A DNA stretch of 64,000 nt from Coleofasciculus sp. B1-GNL1-01 (GCA_040220235.1 JAVJTO010000044.1), one strand, 5' to 3'; positions 40,630 through 51,359 are shown, counted from the stretch's first letter. The notes: a model not told the origin generated them from the sequence alone. Made by a program: numbers and translations.

Positions 40630-42180
40630 ATGTCCCCTGAGCAGTCCCCACCCGATCGCCAAAATACTCTGGAAGAAATTCGTGCTACCCGTTTGGAGAA
40701 AGTCCAACAGCTTAAAGCGTTGGGAATTGAGCCGTATGCGTATCACTGGGAGTCTACTCACCAGGCGGCTGAACTGCAAGAGAAGTTCGCGGATCTGGGG
40801 AATGGTGAAGAGGTTGATTTTGAAGTTGCGATCGCAGGTCGTATTTTAGCCCGTCGCGTCTTTGGCAAGTTAGCCTTCTTCAATCTCCAAGACGAAACGG
40901 GAACGATTCAACTGTATCTGGACAAAAAGCGGATTACCGCAACCATGACAGATCTGCCGAATCCGTTCACCCCTCTCAAGCAACTCACGGATATTGGCGA
41001 CATTTTAGGCGTCAAGGGGACAATTAAGCGCACCGATAAAGGGGAACTCTCGGTCTATGTCAGTGAATATGCTATTCTGACCAAATCCCTATTACCTTTA
41101 CCCGATAAGTGGCATGGTCTCACCGATACCGAAAAGCGCTATCGCCAGCGTTATGTTGACTTAATGGTGAATCCCACCGTTCGGGAAACCTTCCGCCGCC
41201 GTGCTAAAATTACTGCCGCCATTCGCCGTTATTTAGAGGATCGTGGCTTTATTGAAATTGAAACCCCTGTCTTTAGTACAGAAGCAGGCGGTGCTGAGGC
41301 GCGTCCTTTTATCACCTATCACAATACCCTAGAGATGGAGTTGTACCTGCGAATTGCCACAGAACTCCACCTGAAACGGTTAATTGTCGGCGGATTTGAA
41401 AAGGTATTTGAGTTGGGGCGAATTTTCCGAAATGAGGGAATTTCCACGCGCCACAATCCCGAATTTACCTCAATTGAGGTGTACCAGGCTTACGCCGACT
41501 ACAACGATATGATGACGTTGACGGAAAATTTAATAACTACCGTCACTCAAGAGAGTTTGACAACTCTGGAAATTACTTATCAAGGTGAAACAATTGATTT
41601 CACACCGCCCTGGCGTCGTATCACCATGCATGAGTTGGTGCAAAAGGTGACAGGGTTAGATTTTAATCAGTTCAAGACATTCGATGACGCCAAAGTTGCG
41701 GCTAAAAAAGTGGGGATTGAAGGGGTAGACGACTGTCCATCCCTAGGGAAACTCCTCAACGAATGCTTCGAGCAAAAATGTGAAGAAACCCTGATTCAGC
41801 CGACATTTATTGTTGATTTCCCGATTGAAATTTCTCCCTTGGCGAAACCCCATCGTTCTAAGCCAGGATTAGTGGAACGCTTTGAGTTATTTATTGCTGG
41901 GCGAGAAACGGCGAATAGCTTTTCTGAATTAACTGATCCGATTGATCAGCGGGAACGTTTAGAAGCGCAAGCAGCCCGGAAAGCGGCTGGAGACTTGGAA
42001 GCCCAAGGGGTTGATGAAGACTTTCTGGCGGCGTTAGAGTATGGAATGCCACCAACTGGAGGGTTAGGAATTGGCATTGACCGCTTGGTGATGTTATTAA
42101 CGGATTCGGCAAGTATTCGGGATGTGATTGCGTTTCCCTTGCTCAAGAGTAGCAGCCGCGATGGTTCTCCTGCACCCTGA
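40630..42180 (+). CDS. lysS: Lysyl-tRNA synthetase, class II
   Basis: [32 protein letters not shown] and [16 protein letters not shown] motifs. Confidence 0.98.
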   Translation: MSPEQSPPDRQNTLEEIRATRLEKVQQLKALGIEPYAYHWESTHQAAELQEKFADLGNGEEVDFEVAIAGRILARRVFGKLAFFNLQDETGTIQLYLDKKRITATMTDLPNPFTPLKQLTDIGDILGVKGTIKRTDKGELSVYVSEYAILTKSLLPLPDKWHGLTDTEKRYRQRYVDLMVNPTVRETFRRRAKITAAIRRYLEDRGFIEIETPVFSTEAGGAEARPFITYHNTLEMELYLRIATELHLKRLIVGGFEKVFELGRIFRNEGISTRHNPEFTSIEVYQAYADYNDMMTLTENLITTVTQESLTTLEITYQGETIDFTPPWRRITMHELVQKVTGLDFNQFKTFDDAKVAAKKVGIEGVDDCPSLGKLLNECFEQKCEETLIQPTFIVDFPIEISPLAKPHRSKPGLVERFELFIAGRETANSFSELTDPIDQRERLEAQAARKAAGDLEAQGVDEDFLAALEYGMPPTGGLGIGIDRLVMLLTDSASIRDVIAFPLLKSSSRDGSPAP

Positions 42181-42209
42181 GTGAGTGATAAAAACGGAGG
42201 AATAACTGT

Positions 42210-42581
42210 GTGAAGAGATGGCTTGTCTTCAAAACTGAATCCGCCTCATCGCAGGGGTGGAAGGAGCGCAAGTTGCAACCTGCTGGACACTTAACCCGAA
42301 TGCTGGCTGAGTATTTGGATTGTTCTGATAAGATGTTGCCAGAATCAGGCGATCGCCCGCGTGAGTTTGCTCGTTTTGAAGAGTCGGTTGATCCAAACTT
42401 CCCGGATGCTAGCACTCATGTTCGTTGGTCTGACTGGGAAGTGAGTCGGGTTGAGCGATTCAAGTCGGTTGATTCGGCTGAGTATGACGAGATTGTTGTG
42501 TGCTATTGCCGTTATTCACCCATTGAGCCGGAGTGGAAGGAGTTACCTAAGATTGGCGTTTTGCAAGAGGGTAAACTTTAA
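42210..42581 (+). CDS. Hypothetical protein
   Basis: 123-aa ORF with SD GGAGG before the GTG start. Confidence 0.65.
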   Translation: MKRWLVFKTESASSQGWKERKLQPAGHLTRMLAEYLDCSDKMLPESGDRPREFARFEESVDPNFPDASTHVRWSDWEVSRVERFKSVDSAEYDEIVVCYCRYSPIEPEWKELPKIGVLQEGKL

Positions 42582-42611
42582 CTTTTTGCTATTTGACTGC
42601 TTATTGGTGAG

Positions 42612-43446
42612 TGCGATCGCTCGCAAGGTCGTGCCAACGGCATTTGAAACCTAGTTCCGCAATGCTCTGCTAAAGTTGGGTTATAGCCTACCGAACTAGA
42701 TGCTCCGAAGGGGGCGATCATGACTGTAACGACTAAGAAGCTAACCTTTGAAGAGTATCTGACCTACTCAGACGGGACTGATACCCGCTATGAGTTGGTG
42801 AACGGGGAATTAGTAGCAATGAGTATTGGCACCGGGCAACATGGAGAAATCATTGACTTTCTCTATCGGCAAATCGATGCTGAGATCGGGCGTAGCGGAC
42901 GCGACTGGATTGTTAGACCCGTGGCGATTGGTGTGCGATCGCCTCGTGCTGGCAAGTGGGATACCTCTCGCATTCCCGATTTGACTATTATTCCTAGCCA
43001 GCAGTGGCGCGAATTAAGAACCCGTGAGGCTGTTATTGAACTCAACGAACCCCCTCCGATTTTAATGATAGAAGTCGTTAGCGAATCGACAAAGACCGCA
43101 GATTATCGGGCTAAGCGGGTTGAGTACAACGTTTTAAACATTCCAGAATACTGGGTCATTGACCCACTGACATCAAAGGTGACGATTTTTACCCTGGTTG
43201 AGGAACTGTATGAAGGTATGGAGTTCGTTGGTGCTGAGCAGATTGTTTCAGGCACTTTCCCAGAGTTGAATCTGACAAGTGAGCAGATTATTTGGGCTGG
43301 AGTGATTCCTAGCGCTGAAGAAAACTAATGAGATGCGATCGCTCTTTGGTTGTGCCGACGGCATCTTAAACCAAGTTCCGCAATGCTCTATTGAAGCTAG
43401 GTTACAGCCTACCGAACTAGATGCTCCGAAGGAGGCGATCATGACT
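42612..43446 (+). repeat. About 113-bp imperfect direct repeats (42612-42725 and 43334-43446) flanking a Uma2 gene
   Basis: Both start at HIP1, share GCCTACCGAACTAGATGCTCCGAAGG and end in GGCGATCATGACT. Confidence 0.85.
42720..43328 (+). CDS. Uma2-family (DUF820) endonuclease
   Basis: LTFEEYL, RYELVNGEL, RIPDL, IEVVS, DY..K..EY and IPEYWVIDP motifs. Confidence 0.92.
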   Translation: MTVTTKKLTFEEYLTYSDGTDTRYELVNGELVAMSIGTGQHGEIIDFLYRQIDAEIGRSGRDWIVRPVAIGVRSPRAGKWDTSRIPDLTIIPSQQWRELRTREAVIELNEPPPILMIEVVSESTKTADYRAKRVEYNVLNIPEYWVIDPLTSKVTIFTLVEELYEGMEFVGAEQIVSGTFPELNLTSEQIIWAGVIPSAEEN

Positions 43447-43491
43447 TAGTTAAGGAGAGCGATCACCTTCGGTCGTAACAACGGTAAAGGT

Positions 43492-43601
43492 TATACAGCA
43501 TTTCTCAATCTAGTGAGGTACAGTAACAAGACGAGGTTAGCCTCTGTGAGCGCAAAAGTCTTATTTTCAATGTACCTCGCCAGCATGGAAAACGCTGTAT
43601 A
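43492..43601. mobile_element. 110-bp MITE-like element
   Basis: TATACAGC...GAGGTACA / TGTACCTC...GCTGTATA inverted ends. Confidence 0.6.
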
Positions 43602-43616
43602 GGAATTTGGCTTGAG

Positions 43617-43719
43617 TAAGCTGTCATACATTTAAATTGGGAATGGGTAGCGAGCAAGATGCTCGCACTACAAGGATTTCGCCATTATTGACATTAAGGT
43701 TTAAATGCCGAACAGCTTA
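43617..43719. mobile_element. 103-bp MITE-like element
   Basis: TAAGCTGT...CATTTAAA / TTTAAATG...ACAGCTTA ends; reverse-orientation homolog of 22492-22620. Confidence 0.75.
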
Positions 43720-43721
43720 AA

Positions 43722-44672
43722 CTAGTCATAGTCGTTTATATACTCGTCCATTAGCTCGTATAAAATTCGTTCGTCAATATAAGTATAGTTAGCACTTTTT
43801 TTGCAGAACTTAGCCGCATTTAAAAGATCCATCCCGGCTAAATCTAAATGTTCAGCTAGGTAAAAATCTCTAAATTCAACATCATCATTTAAGTATAAAT
43901 TTTGCAATCCATATTCCTTAATTAACTTAGACAATAAAGTTCTGTTTAAACCATCACAGTCATTATAATAATCTTTGGCTCTATAGCATTTAGAATTATC
44001 ATATAAATCAAAAAACTTTTTTTCGTTAGAAATTTTCGTGTAAACCTTAAAATCGTCAACAGCGAAGCAATATTCTTGAATCATTGAAAAATCAAGTAAC
44101 GATGCATCGTGATATGTCTCAGATCCCCATGCAATTTCATCAGATATATCTATCAGTTTTTGTGTATACCATAAGTCGTTAAACCAATTCTTGAGTTCTT
44201 TTATTCTTGACTCCTCTTTTATCTTAAGCATTAGTTCCATGTTGCTGGTAAGTCCATTTTTTGTAAAATTACTACTTCCTACATAGGCAGTACGGGAGGT
44301 ATTGAAATCAAAGGCGTACATTTTTGCGTGAATTCTACCTTCGAGGTGGTACTTAACCTGCATTCCTCCTGTTCGTATGGCTTCTTTAAAAGATTTTGCT
44401 AAATTTTTTTCATTGTCATTCTTGGTATTATTGAAAAATTGAATAATTTTTTCTTTTTTTGATTCCATTCCTATGATTAACTTAGCATCCCAGTGTTGAG
44501 AAAATGAATCAGAATCACCGGAAAACAGGTTCTTCAACTTCTCCCATCCCCATAAAGTAAAATATCCAGTACAAATGCAAGCGGATATGCAAGGATTGAA
44601 ATCGTCCGTGAATTGTAAGAATTCAGACTTGATATCATCGTCAAGTTTTGTATTAATGTTATCAATAATCAT
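43722..44672 (-). CDS. Phospholipase-D-family (HKD) nuclease-like protein, AT-rich
   Basis: TGYF...W, RIHAKMYAFD and AYVGSSNFT..GL..N.E motifs; its own SD AGGAG and ATG at 44672; in frame with the upstream BrnA stub. Confidence 0.8.
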   Translation of the reverse strand: MIIDNINTKLDDDIKSEFLQFTDDFNPCISACICTGYFTLWGWEKLKNLFSGDSDSFSQHWDAKLIIGMESKKEKIIQFFNNTKNDNEKNLAKSFKEAIRTGGMQVKYHLEGRIHAKMYAFDFNTSRTAYVGSSNFTKNGLTSNMELMLKIKEESRIKELKNWFNDLWYTQKLIDISDEIAWGSETYHDASLLDFSMIQEYCFAVDDFKVYTKISNEKKFFDLYDNSKCYRAKDYYNDCDGLNRTLLSKLIKEYGLQNLYLNDDVEFRDFYLAEHLDLAGMDLLNAAKFCKKSANYTYIDERILYELMDEYINDYD

Positions 44673-44690
44673 CGTTATCTCCTGTTTTAG

Positions 44691-44762
44691 GTCAGAGGTA
44701 TCAATATTCTCATCGTTCATAGCATCAACTCTAGTCCAGTCGGTTTTTGAGGTATTGCTCAT
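44691..44762 (-). pseudogene. N-terminal stub of a BrnA-type antitoxin
   Basis: MSNTSKTDWTRVDAMNDENIDTSD, then the sequence switches to the PLD gene leader. Confidence 0.75.
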
Positions 44763-45018
44763 AGCGTTTTCGTTCATAAGATAATGCTTTTCGTAGTGAA
44801 ATGATGCAAGTTGTTTTGTCGTCAGGCTCGGTGTATACAATAACTACAACTCGTCCATCCAGTAACCCAATACCAATCTATCGATCTTCGCCATAGTCTT
44901 CTCGGTCATCGAGGGCGATAAGCATTGGTAGATCAAAGACACGAGGGGCATCAGCGAAATCAAAACCATGTTTAGCAATGTTAATCTCGTTCTTGCGCTC
45001 GTCCCACTCGAAATTCAT
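44731..45018 (-). pseudogene. BrnT-type toxin with an internal nonsense codon
   Basis: MNFEWDERKNEINIAKHGFDFADA...DDREDYGEDR*IGIGLLDGRVVVIVYT...IISLRKA...ERKRY; TAG at 44878-44880. Confidence 0.85.
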
Positions 45019-45206
45019 GGATTCAATTTAACACACGTCATGACTTAGTATCCCCTCTAATCGACAACGAAAGGTTTTAAGCAAAAAATCTCTTAGCTGA
45101 TCGCACTATCCTCCTCAAAGTCCACTTCATCAAAGCCAAAGCAGCAAGAGAAGCGATTGCTTCCCATAAGCTACGATGAACCCAAACACCGTTACACAGA
45201 AAACCC

Positions 45207-45557
45207 ATGTCTGAGCAAGTGCGTTATATTACCAACGAGCAGGGGGAGCGAGTTGGCGTCTTGTTAGATTTGGAAGCCTATAATCGACTAGCGAACCCAT
45301 TAGCTCTAGATGACGAGTGCTTAATTGGCTTAAGCCAAGATGAGCTGCAAGCGTTAGCCGATAGTAAGCTAGCTCCCGCAGCACAGAATCAATTGAACGA
45401 TTTGCTAATTCAGAATGCAGAATCTCAGCTTTCTGCCGACGAAGTTGCAAATCTAGACCGTTTGCTAGCACAAGTCGATCAACTGACAATCCTCAAAACC
45501 AGAGCTAGATATACTCTGCACTGCTTAGAAACCTTGGCAACAGAGGTAGTGGCATGA
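45207..45557 (+). CDS. Hypothetical protein
   Basis: 116-aa ORF (VRYITNEQGERVGVLL...DQLTILKTRARYTL). Confidence 0.7.
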   Translation: MSEQVRYITNEQGERVGVLLDLEAYNRLANPLALDDECLIGLSQDELQALADSKLAPAAQNQLNDLLIQNAESQLSADEVANLDRLLAQVDQLTILKTRARYTLHCLETLATEVVA

Positions 45558-45750
45558 CCCAGCTAAAATGGTAATGGTGCAATAGGAAATTAGCGCAAAG
45601 CCTTTCCGTAGAAAGAAACAATAGTTAAAAAGCTACAGTTGCGGCTAAGGTAATCTAAGCCCTTAACGGTAGCATGGTATGTTAATACAGCCCTTCCCCC
45701 TGTAAATGGACTATCAACCTAAGGCTGGTTAATGCTGCGGCTTCCCTCTC

Positions 45751-48700
45751 TTAAAAAACAGGTTGCAATACCTCCACCTGCTTCAACTCCAAGCCTTGCT
45801 CAAATATCTGATCAATCGGTAACATTTGATCCTCATCTGTCATAAACTTATGGTCTTTTGTCGCCCGAATCGTAGCACCATCCTCTAACAGATATTCAAA
45901 CACCTCTTGTTCACCGCGATTATGCCATTGTGCAATGGGTTGCGTGTAAACATAACCATTCTCATCCACACTATAAACCGTACACTCAATCTGCTTTTCG
46001 ACAATTTCCCCAATCGCCACAGCACCATATTCAACCGTGAGAATCTGTGTATCATAACTCAAGCAGTATTCAGCAAATAAGATCATCTGCTCGAATAACT
46101 CTTCCGCAATCCGTTTTGCTACACCATTTTTCGCCGCACCATCGATAAAAATCTCTCGATGTTTCTCCATTTCTGCCACTTTCTTTTTACCCATACAGTT
46201 ATGAGCAATAAAATCATTGGCAATCAAGTTATGGGTCTGGGAAATACTTAAGTCGAAAACCTCCTCTTGACCAACATATTCAATCGAGACAATTTCATCC
46301 CAGAATACATCGGATTCCGCAATTGCTATCAGTGCTTTATCCTGCAAAGCCGTGGCAAAATTCTGGACTCGATAAGGACTCTTTGTCGAAAGATGACCAT
46401 CACCTATTAGATAAGCAGTTAGCTTAATTTGAGCATCTGATATATCACTCTCGGTAGTCAGTGGCAATATCTTAGCTAGTCCAATCCGACTACCAACCTT
46501 AAACTGATCCAGAGGCTGCCATCCTAACAGCGAATAGAAACGATGATCCGCCGTCGCTCTAATTTTACGATTGGTTTTCGTGGTAATTTCCCAAACATCT
46601 CGCACCCCGTTTGGATGAATTTCGCTAATCGGTTGCTGAGTAATCTTTTGAGTCACCTGATCCAGAGACAACACCTCTCGTCCCAACCAATACTCAGGTT
46701 TGGATGCAATGTCTTTGAGAGACACTAAACGCCCCGTTTCTGCATCAATAATCTCCGTTGAACCACTCAGACATCGGCGTAGTAAATCCGCTTGACCCAG
46801 AGAATACCCCGCCAAATCCTGAGCCATTTTCATGATCTGCTCTTGATAACAAAGCGTACCATACGTTTCTTTTAAAATTGGCTCTAATAACGGATGTTGA
46901 TATTCAACCTTTTCTTTGCCATGTTTCCGATTAATAAATTTAGGAATCAGACCTGCATCCAAAGGTCCCGGACGATACAATGCCAAAATCGAAGAAATAT
47001 CTTCGATACTCGACGGTTTCAACTCCCGCACCACCTGGCGCATCCCCGATGATTCTAGTTGAAAAATTCCCTCTAACTCGCCTTTCTCTAAAACCGTATA
47101 AGTCTGTTTTATGTCATCGGGTATTTTCTTGATTTCCCCTTTTGCCACAATCTCAAACGCCTTACGTTCATCTAGGGGTAACTGATCCAGATCTAACGTT
47201 ATATTTTGATGTTGGCGAATCAATTCTGCCGTTTTCTGAATCGTGGTTAAATTTTTCAGACCTAGAAAATCCATTTTCAAGAGTCCGAGGGATTCTAAGT
47301 CCTCCATAAAATACTGAGTAATCACCGCCCCCTCATTATTCACCTGCAAGGGAACAATTTCATCTAAAGGTTCAGCAGAAATCACCACCCCCGCCGCGTG
47401 AACGCCAAAGGTTTTGTTGGTTCCCTCAATCCGGATTGCCATATCCAGCCAGCGCTGCACTTCGGGGTTATTTAAGTAAGCATCTCTAAACTCTGGTGTG
47501 GGCGTTTTCTCAGAAATCATTACCTTTAACTTAGTGGGTTTTCCCCGTGAAACCGGAATCATTTTTGCCATCCGATCTGATTCCCCATAGGGAATATTCA
47601 ACACCCTGGCGACATCTTTTAATACCGCCTTTGATGTCATCCGGTTAAATGTAATAATTTGTGCCACCCGATCTGCCCCATATTTGTGGGTGACATATTC
47701 AATTACCTCATCCCGGCGTTCAATACAGAAATCTGTATCAATATCAGGCATAGATTTCCGTTCCGGATTGAGAAAGCGCTCAAATAAAAGCCCATGATGA
47801 ACCGGATCAATATTGGTAATTTTCAGAGAATAGGCAACTAAGGAACCCGCCGCCGAACCCCGCCCTGGACCAACAGGAATCTTCTGATCTCTGGCATATT
47901 TAATATAATCCCATACGACTAAAAAGTAGGTGGAAAATCCCATCTGCTGCATCATTTTCAGCTCATATTCCAGCCGTTCTTTATAGACGAGATCGATGTC
48001 ACTGCGAGAACGACATCCCATGCGCTCCAATAATCCATCCCAAGTAACTTCTTCTAAGTAACTATCAGCACTGTGACCCTTGGGAACGGGATAATTGGGG
48101 ATGCGTGGTTCCCCCATAATGTCGTAGCGTTTGACCTTATCCGCGACTTCTAATGTATTCGCGATCGCCTCTTGGATCACCTCATCGGGCAAATGATCCC
48201 GAAATAGCTGTGCCATCTCCTCGGCGGACTTGAGATACTCGGTTCCGGAGTAGCGCATCCGCTTCTCTTCTGAAATTAATTTCCCTATTTGAATGCAGAG
48301 TAAGGCGTCGTGGGCTTCGACATCGTAACAGGAGATAAAATGAGAATCATTGGTGGCGACGATTTTAATCTCTAACTCACGGGCAATTTTCACAATTTCT
48401 ACGTTAACAATCCGGTCTTCAATTGACCCATGATCTTGAATTTCTAGATAATAATCGTCACCAAAAACCTCTTTATACCATTGGGCAAGCTCTCGTGCCT
48501 TTTGCACGTCACCCTTGAGAATCGCTTGGGGGACTTCTCCGCCCAAACAACCACTGGTGACGATTAATCCATCACGGTACTGTTGGAGGAATTCTTTATT
48601 AATACAAGGACGCTGAAAAATTCCTGTTCCTTGGATTCCTTTCAGATGAGAAATTGTCGTCAGTTTAACTAAATTTTTATAGCCTTGGGTATTTTTCGCC

Positions 48701-48969
48701 AAGACAACTTGATGGTATTTGCGCTGTTTCTTCTTCGTCTTATCTTGAATATCCCCATTAATCACATACATCTCATTGCCGATAATCGGCTTAATCCCTT
48801 TCCCCCGACAAACTTTAATCAACTCGATCGCGCCATACATCACCCCATGATCCGTCAGTGCGATCGCGGGCATACCCAATTCCACCGCCCGATCCACCAG
48901 TTGCGGGAGTTGGGACGCGCCATCAAGTAAGCTATAGTCACTGTGAATATGTAGACCGACGAAGGACAT
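45751..48969 (-). CDS. dnaE: DNA polymerase III alpha subunit, N-terminal half, with a cis intein and the split N-intein
   Basis: [15 protein letters not shown] domain, [10 protein letters not shown] and PDIDTDF motifs; ends in [14 protein letters not shown]... (DnaE-N split intein). Confidence 0.97.
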   Translation of the reverse strand: MSFVGLHIHSDYSLLDGASQLPQLVDRAVELGMPAIALTDHGVMYGAIELIKVCRGKGIKPIIGNEMYVINGDIQDKTKKKQRKYHQVVLAKNTQGYKNLVKLTTISHLKGIQGTGIFQRPCINKEFLQQYRDGLIVTSGCLGGEVPQAILKGDVQKARELAQWYKEVFGDDYYLEIQDHGSIEDRIVNVEIVKIARELEIKIVATNDSHFISCYDVEAHDALLCIQIGKLISEEKRMRYSGTEYLKSAEEMAQLFRDHLPDEVIQEAIANTLEVADKVKRYDIMGEPRIPNYPVPKGHSADSYLEEVTWDGLLERMGCRSRSDIDLVYKERLEYELKMMQQMGFSTYFLVVWDYIKYARDQKIPVGPGRGSAAGSLVAYSLKITNIDPVHHGLLFERFLNPERKSMPDIDTDFCIERRDEVIEYVTHKYGADRVAQIITFNRMTSKAVLKDVARVLNIPYGESDRMAKMIPVSRGKPTKLKVMISEKTPTPEFRDAYLNNPEVQRWLDMAIRIEGTNKTFGVHAAGVVISAEPLDEIVPLQVNNEGAVITQYFMEDLESLGLLKMDFLGLKNLTTIQKTAELIRQHQNITLDLDQLPLDERKAFEIVAKGEIKKIPDDIKQTYTVLEKGELEGIFQLESSGMRQVVRELKPSSIEDISSILALYRPGPLDAGLIPKFINRKHGKEKVEYQHPLLEPILKETYGTLCYQEQIMKMAQDLAGYSLGQADLLRRCLSGSTEIIDAETGRLVSLKDIASKPEYWLGREVLSLDQVTQKITQQPISEIHPNGVRDVWEITTKTNRKIRATADHRFYSLLGWQPLDQFKVGSRIGLAKILPLTTESDISDAQIKLTAYLIGDGHLSTKSPYRVQNFATALQDKALIAIAESDVFWDEIVSIEYVGQEEVFDLSISQTHNLIANDFIAHNCMGKKKVAEMEKHREIFIDGAAKNGVAKRIAEELFEQMILFAEYCLSYDTQILTVEYGAVAIGEIVEKQIECTVYSVDENGYVYTQPIAQWHNRGEQEVFEYLLEDGATIRATKDHKFMTDEDQMLPIDQIFEQGLELKQVEVLQPVF
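45754..46065 (-). other. DnaE split intein, N-fragment (104 aa)
   Basis: [18 protein letters not shown]...[11 protein letters not shown]...[13 protein letters not shown]. Confidence 0.95.
46198..46773 (-). other. 192-aa cis mini-intein within DnaE-N
   Basis: Starts CLSGSTEI, block B ATADHRF, ends VFDLS...[12 protein letters not shown] followed by C(+1); interrupts DLLRR|CMGKKK. Confidence 0.92.
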
Positions 48970-49074
48970 AGAACAAAGAGAGATAAGGATTCAGTTAAGG
49001 GGCGCGATCGCTCACCTTCATGGTAAGCTGATCGGTCTAATGGTATTCCCGATTCATCCAGATTGACTCTGGCT

Positions 49075-49122
49075 ACCCCACATATAAGGATACATCATCC
49101 AACTACACCCTATATGTAGTCA
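49075..49122. promoter_or_regulatory. Tandem NrdR-box-like motifs upstream of dnaE
   Basis: Cores CCACATATAA (49078) and CTATATGTAG (49110) are 32 bp apart. Confidence 0.5.
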
Positions 49123-49169
49123 CACCCCCCATAGGCTTGGTAGGGGCTTGGTAACTAAGCCCCTACGGT

Positions 49170-49763
49170 TTAGGCGATCGCACTCGATAGTTCATGCCAG
49201 CGCTGATGCCACAATTGCTGCATCTTTTGCATAATCTCAGGTAAATCCTGAAACTCCTGACTTTGTTGATTGATTTCCCCGGCTAATCCCTGAAGTCGGT
49301 TAAAATCTCGGCAACAGTAGAGTACCCGTTTCCAAGCCCCATACCAATCCTGTGCAGCTTCCTGATGGGCGCGAATGGGTTTCAGGCGTTCTTCCTCGTT
49401 TCTGAGAGATTCAGCCTGTTTTGCCCACGCTTGACGCCAAGGTTGCACGGCTTCTGGTTGCTCATGCTGATCATACCAGTCACGTTCACGACGGAGGATT
49501 TCGCCTAATTCATCCAACTGGGAACGCGAGGTACAGCGCCCAATCGCTGTTAATCCGGCGTCAATCCACAGGGGCAAGTTGCGATAACTAACAAAGATGG
49601 CGCGGGATTCAACTAGCTTGACCCAGATTTGGTGGTGCCAGCATTCCACGCGATCGATTTGCTGGAGGGGAATGTTAAGAAATGTAGCGACTTGTTGGCG
49701 TACTTCGTCGAGAGAAAATTGGCAAGGATCAACAACTCCAGCCTTGATCAAGTTCCGGGACAT
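49170..49763 (-). CDS. Hypothetical protein
   Basis: 197-aa ORF with SD AGGAG. Confidence 0.75.
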   Translation of the reverse strand: MSRNLIKAGVVDPCQFSLDEVRQQVATFLNIPLQQIDRVECWHHQIWVKLVESRAIFVSYRNLPLWIDAGLTAIGRCTSRSQLDELGEILRRERDWYDQHEQPEAVQPWRQAWAKQAESLRNEEERLKPIRAHQEAAQDWYGAWKRVLYCCRDFNRLQGLAGEINQQSQEFQDLPEIMQKMQQLWHQRWHELSSAIA

Positions 49764-50274
49764 GGTGAATCACTCCTGATTTGGGTATGAGTGGTAGCGT
49801 TGGCTTGATTTAGGAGAGTTGATGCTGGATTTGTGGCGATATCGGCTTTTTTGCCAGGAAAACGCCCAAATCCTCAATCCTAAATCAATTGACCCAAAAT
49901 CTTAGCCACCCCGCACAAGTTGCCATAAGAAGTCGGAGTGGCTAGAGGAGTGTTAGTATTTCTTCTAGCTTCCAGACTGGTGCTTCAGTTTGGGGGTTAG
50001 CTGCTCAGAGCTGCGGGAACAGCTTTGAGTGGCGCTAAGAGTTTTCGGTTTAATTTGGATTATCTTAGCACTTTGAAGGATGGATGCCCCAGCGTCAAGG
50101 CTTTGTTACAAAAGTTTATTAGGCAGTCGTATTTTCATCCAAACTAGGACTTACGTAAATTTACGGCACATACTATATGTGTATGTGGCTCTTCAAAAAG
50201 TCTCGCTTGTGAATGGGATTCAGGACTGCCTACCCGACAACTACAATGAGAGAATGTTGAATTTTAATTTTGCT

Positions 50275-50526
50275 ATGTATGAAATTACACTGTCCATATC
50301 TGAAGAAACAGTACAGGCACTGAAGCTAACTCCTGAAAAACTCGATAGTGAGATCCTTTTAGCCGCCGCCGTTAAGCTTTATGAATTAGGGCGACTTTCT
50401 TCTGGAGCCGCAGCAAATCTAGCCAGAATTCCACGAGTCGTATTTTTATCTAAACTTGCTGAATTCGGTGTTGATACTTTTCGCTTAACTGAATCAGAAC
50501 TAGCGGAAGATTTAGCTAATGCCTGA
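50275..50526 (+). CDS. UPF0175-family protein (putative antitoxin)
   Basis: AVKLYELGRLSSGAAANLA...FL..L..FGV; overlaps the DUF3368 gene. Confidence 0.85.
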   Translation: MYEITLSISEETVQALKLTPEKLDSEILLAAAVKLYELGRLSSGAAANLARIPRVVFLSKLAEFGVDTFRLTESELAEDLANA

Positions 50527-50997
50527 AGTCATTACCGATACGTCACCAATCCAGTATCTTTACCAAACCAATTTACTGAACTTACTCCCTAGTTTATACA
50601 ATCAAATTATCATGCCCCAAGGCGTTGCTGAGGAATTGGCTCAAGGGCGTTCTCTAGGTATAGCACTACCTGAACCTGACTTGCTTTCCTGGATAACCAT
50701 TCGTTCAGCGCAAGAATCACCACTTTTGCCATCCGCCTCTGATCTGGAAGGGAGCGAGAAGCCTTAACCTTAGCACTAGAAGTTCCCGATTCTCTTGTCC
50801 TACTTGATGATGCTCTTGCCAGACGTTGCGCCCGTCAACTAAATATCATTTTTACAGGAACATTGGGTATAATTCTCAAGGCAAAACAGTCTGGATACAT
50901 TGAGGCAATATCACCCATTTTAAATCAGCTTGAGACACTTGGCTTTCGGTGCGATCGGGAAACCCGCGCTGCTGTGTTGAATCTGGCTGGAGAATGA
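50519..50997 (+). pseudogene. DUF3368 PIN-domain protein, frameshifted
   Basis: VITDTSPI N-terminus. After about 50750 the expected REALTLAL...LLDDALARR...TGTLGIILKAK continues in another frame to the TGA at 50995-50997. Confidence 0.85.
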
Positions 50998-51092
50998 CCT
51001 TGTGCGATCGCTCAAACTCTTCAAAAAGTCTCGCGATTACCTTCGGCAGTGTGCGAGAACCTACAATAGGAAGAGTCGTGAGGAATTGAGCT

Positions 51093-51359
51093 ATGAGCGT
51101 TGTCGTCCCTGACGAAATTTTAACCATAACTCGCATGACTGAGGCTGAAATGCGTCAAGAGATTGCTGTCATGCTCTTTGAGCGGGAAAAGCTTACTCTT
51201 GCTCAAGCTAGCCGATTTGCCGGGATGCACCGTGTCGCTTTTCAACATCTACTGGCTAGCCGCCAAATCCCAGTTCATTACGGGATGGAGGATTTTGAAC
51301 AGGACATTCAAACCCTGCGGGAGATGGATACCCGATACAGGGCGACCCGATCAGATTAA
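51093..51359 (+). CDS. UPF0175-family protein (orphan)
   Basis: EIAVMLFEREKLTLAQASRFAGM.R..FQ.LLASRQIP.HY...DFEQD. Confidence 0.85.
   Translation: MSVVVPDEILTITRMTEAEMRQEIAVMLFEREKLTLAQASRFAGMHRVAFQHLLASRQIPVHYGMEDFEQDIQTLREMDTRYRATRSD

Noticed and set aside
44763..44840. ORF-track start of the 372-aa PLD ORF
   Set aside because: This stretch is an alternative frame of brnT; plausible starts are 44762 (BrnA stub) or 44672.
50080..50274. N-terminal 65 aa of the 148-aa ORF
   Set aside because: UPF0175 similarity starts at the Met at 50275; the upstream part looks intergenic.
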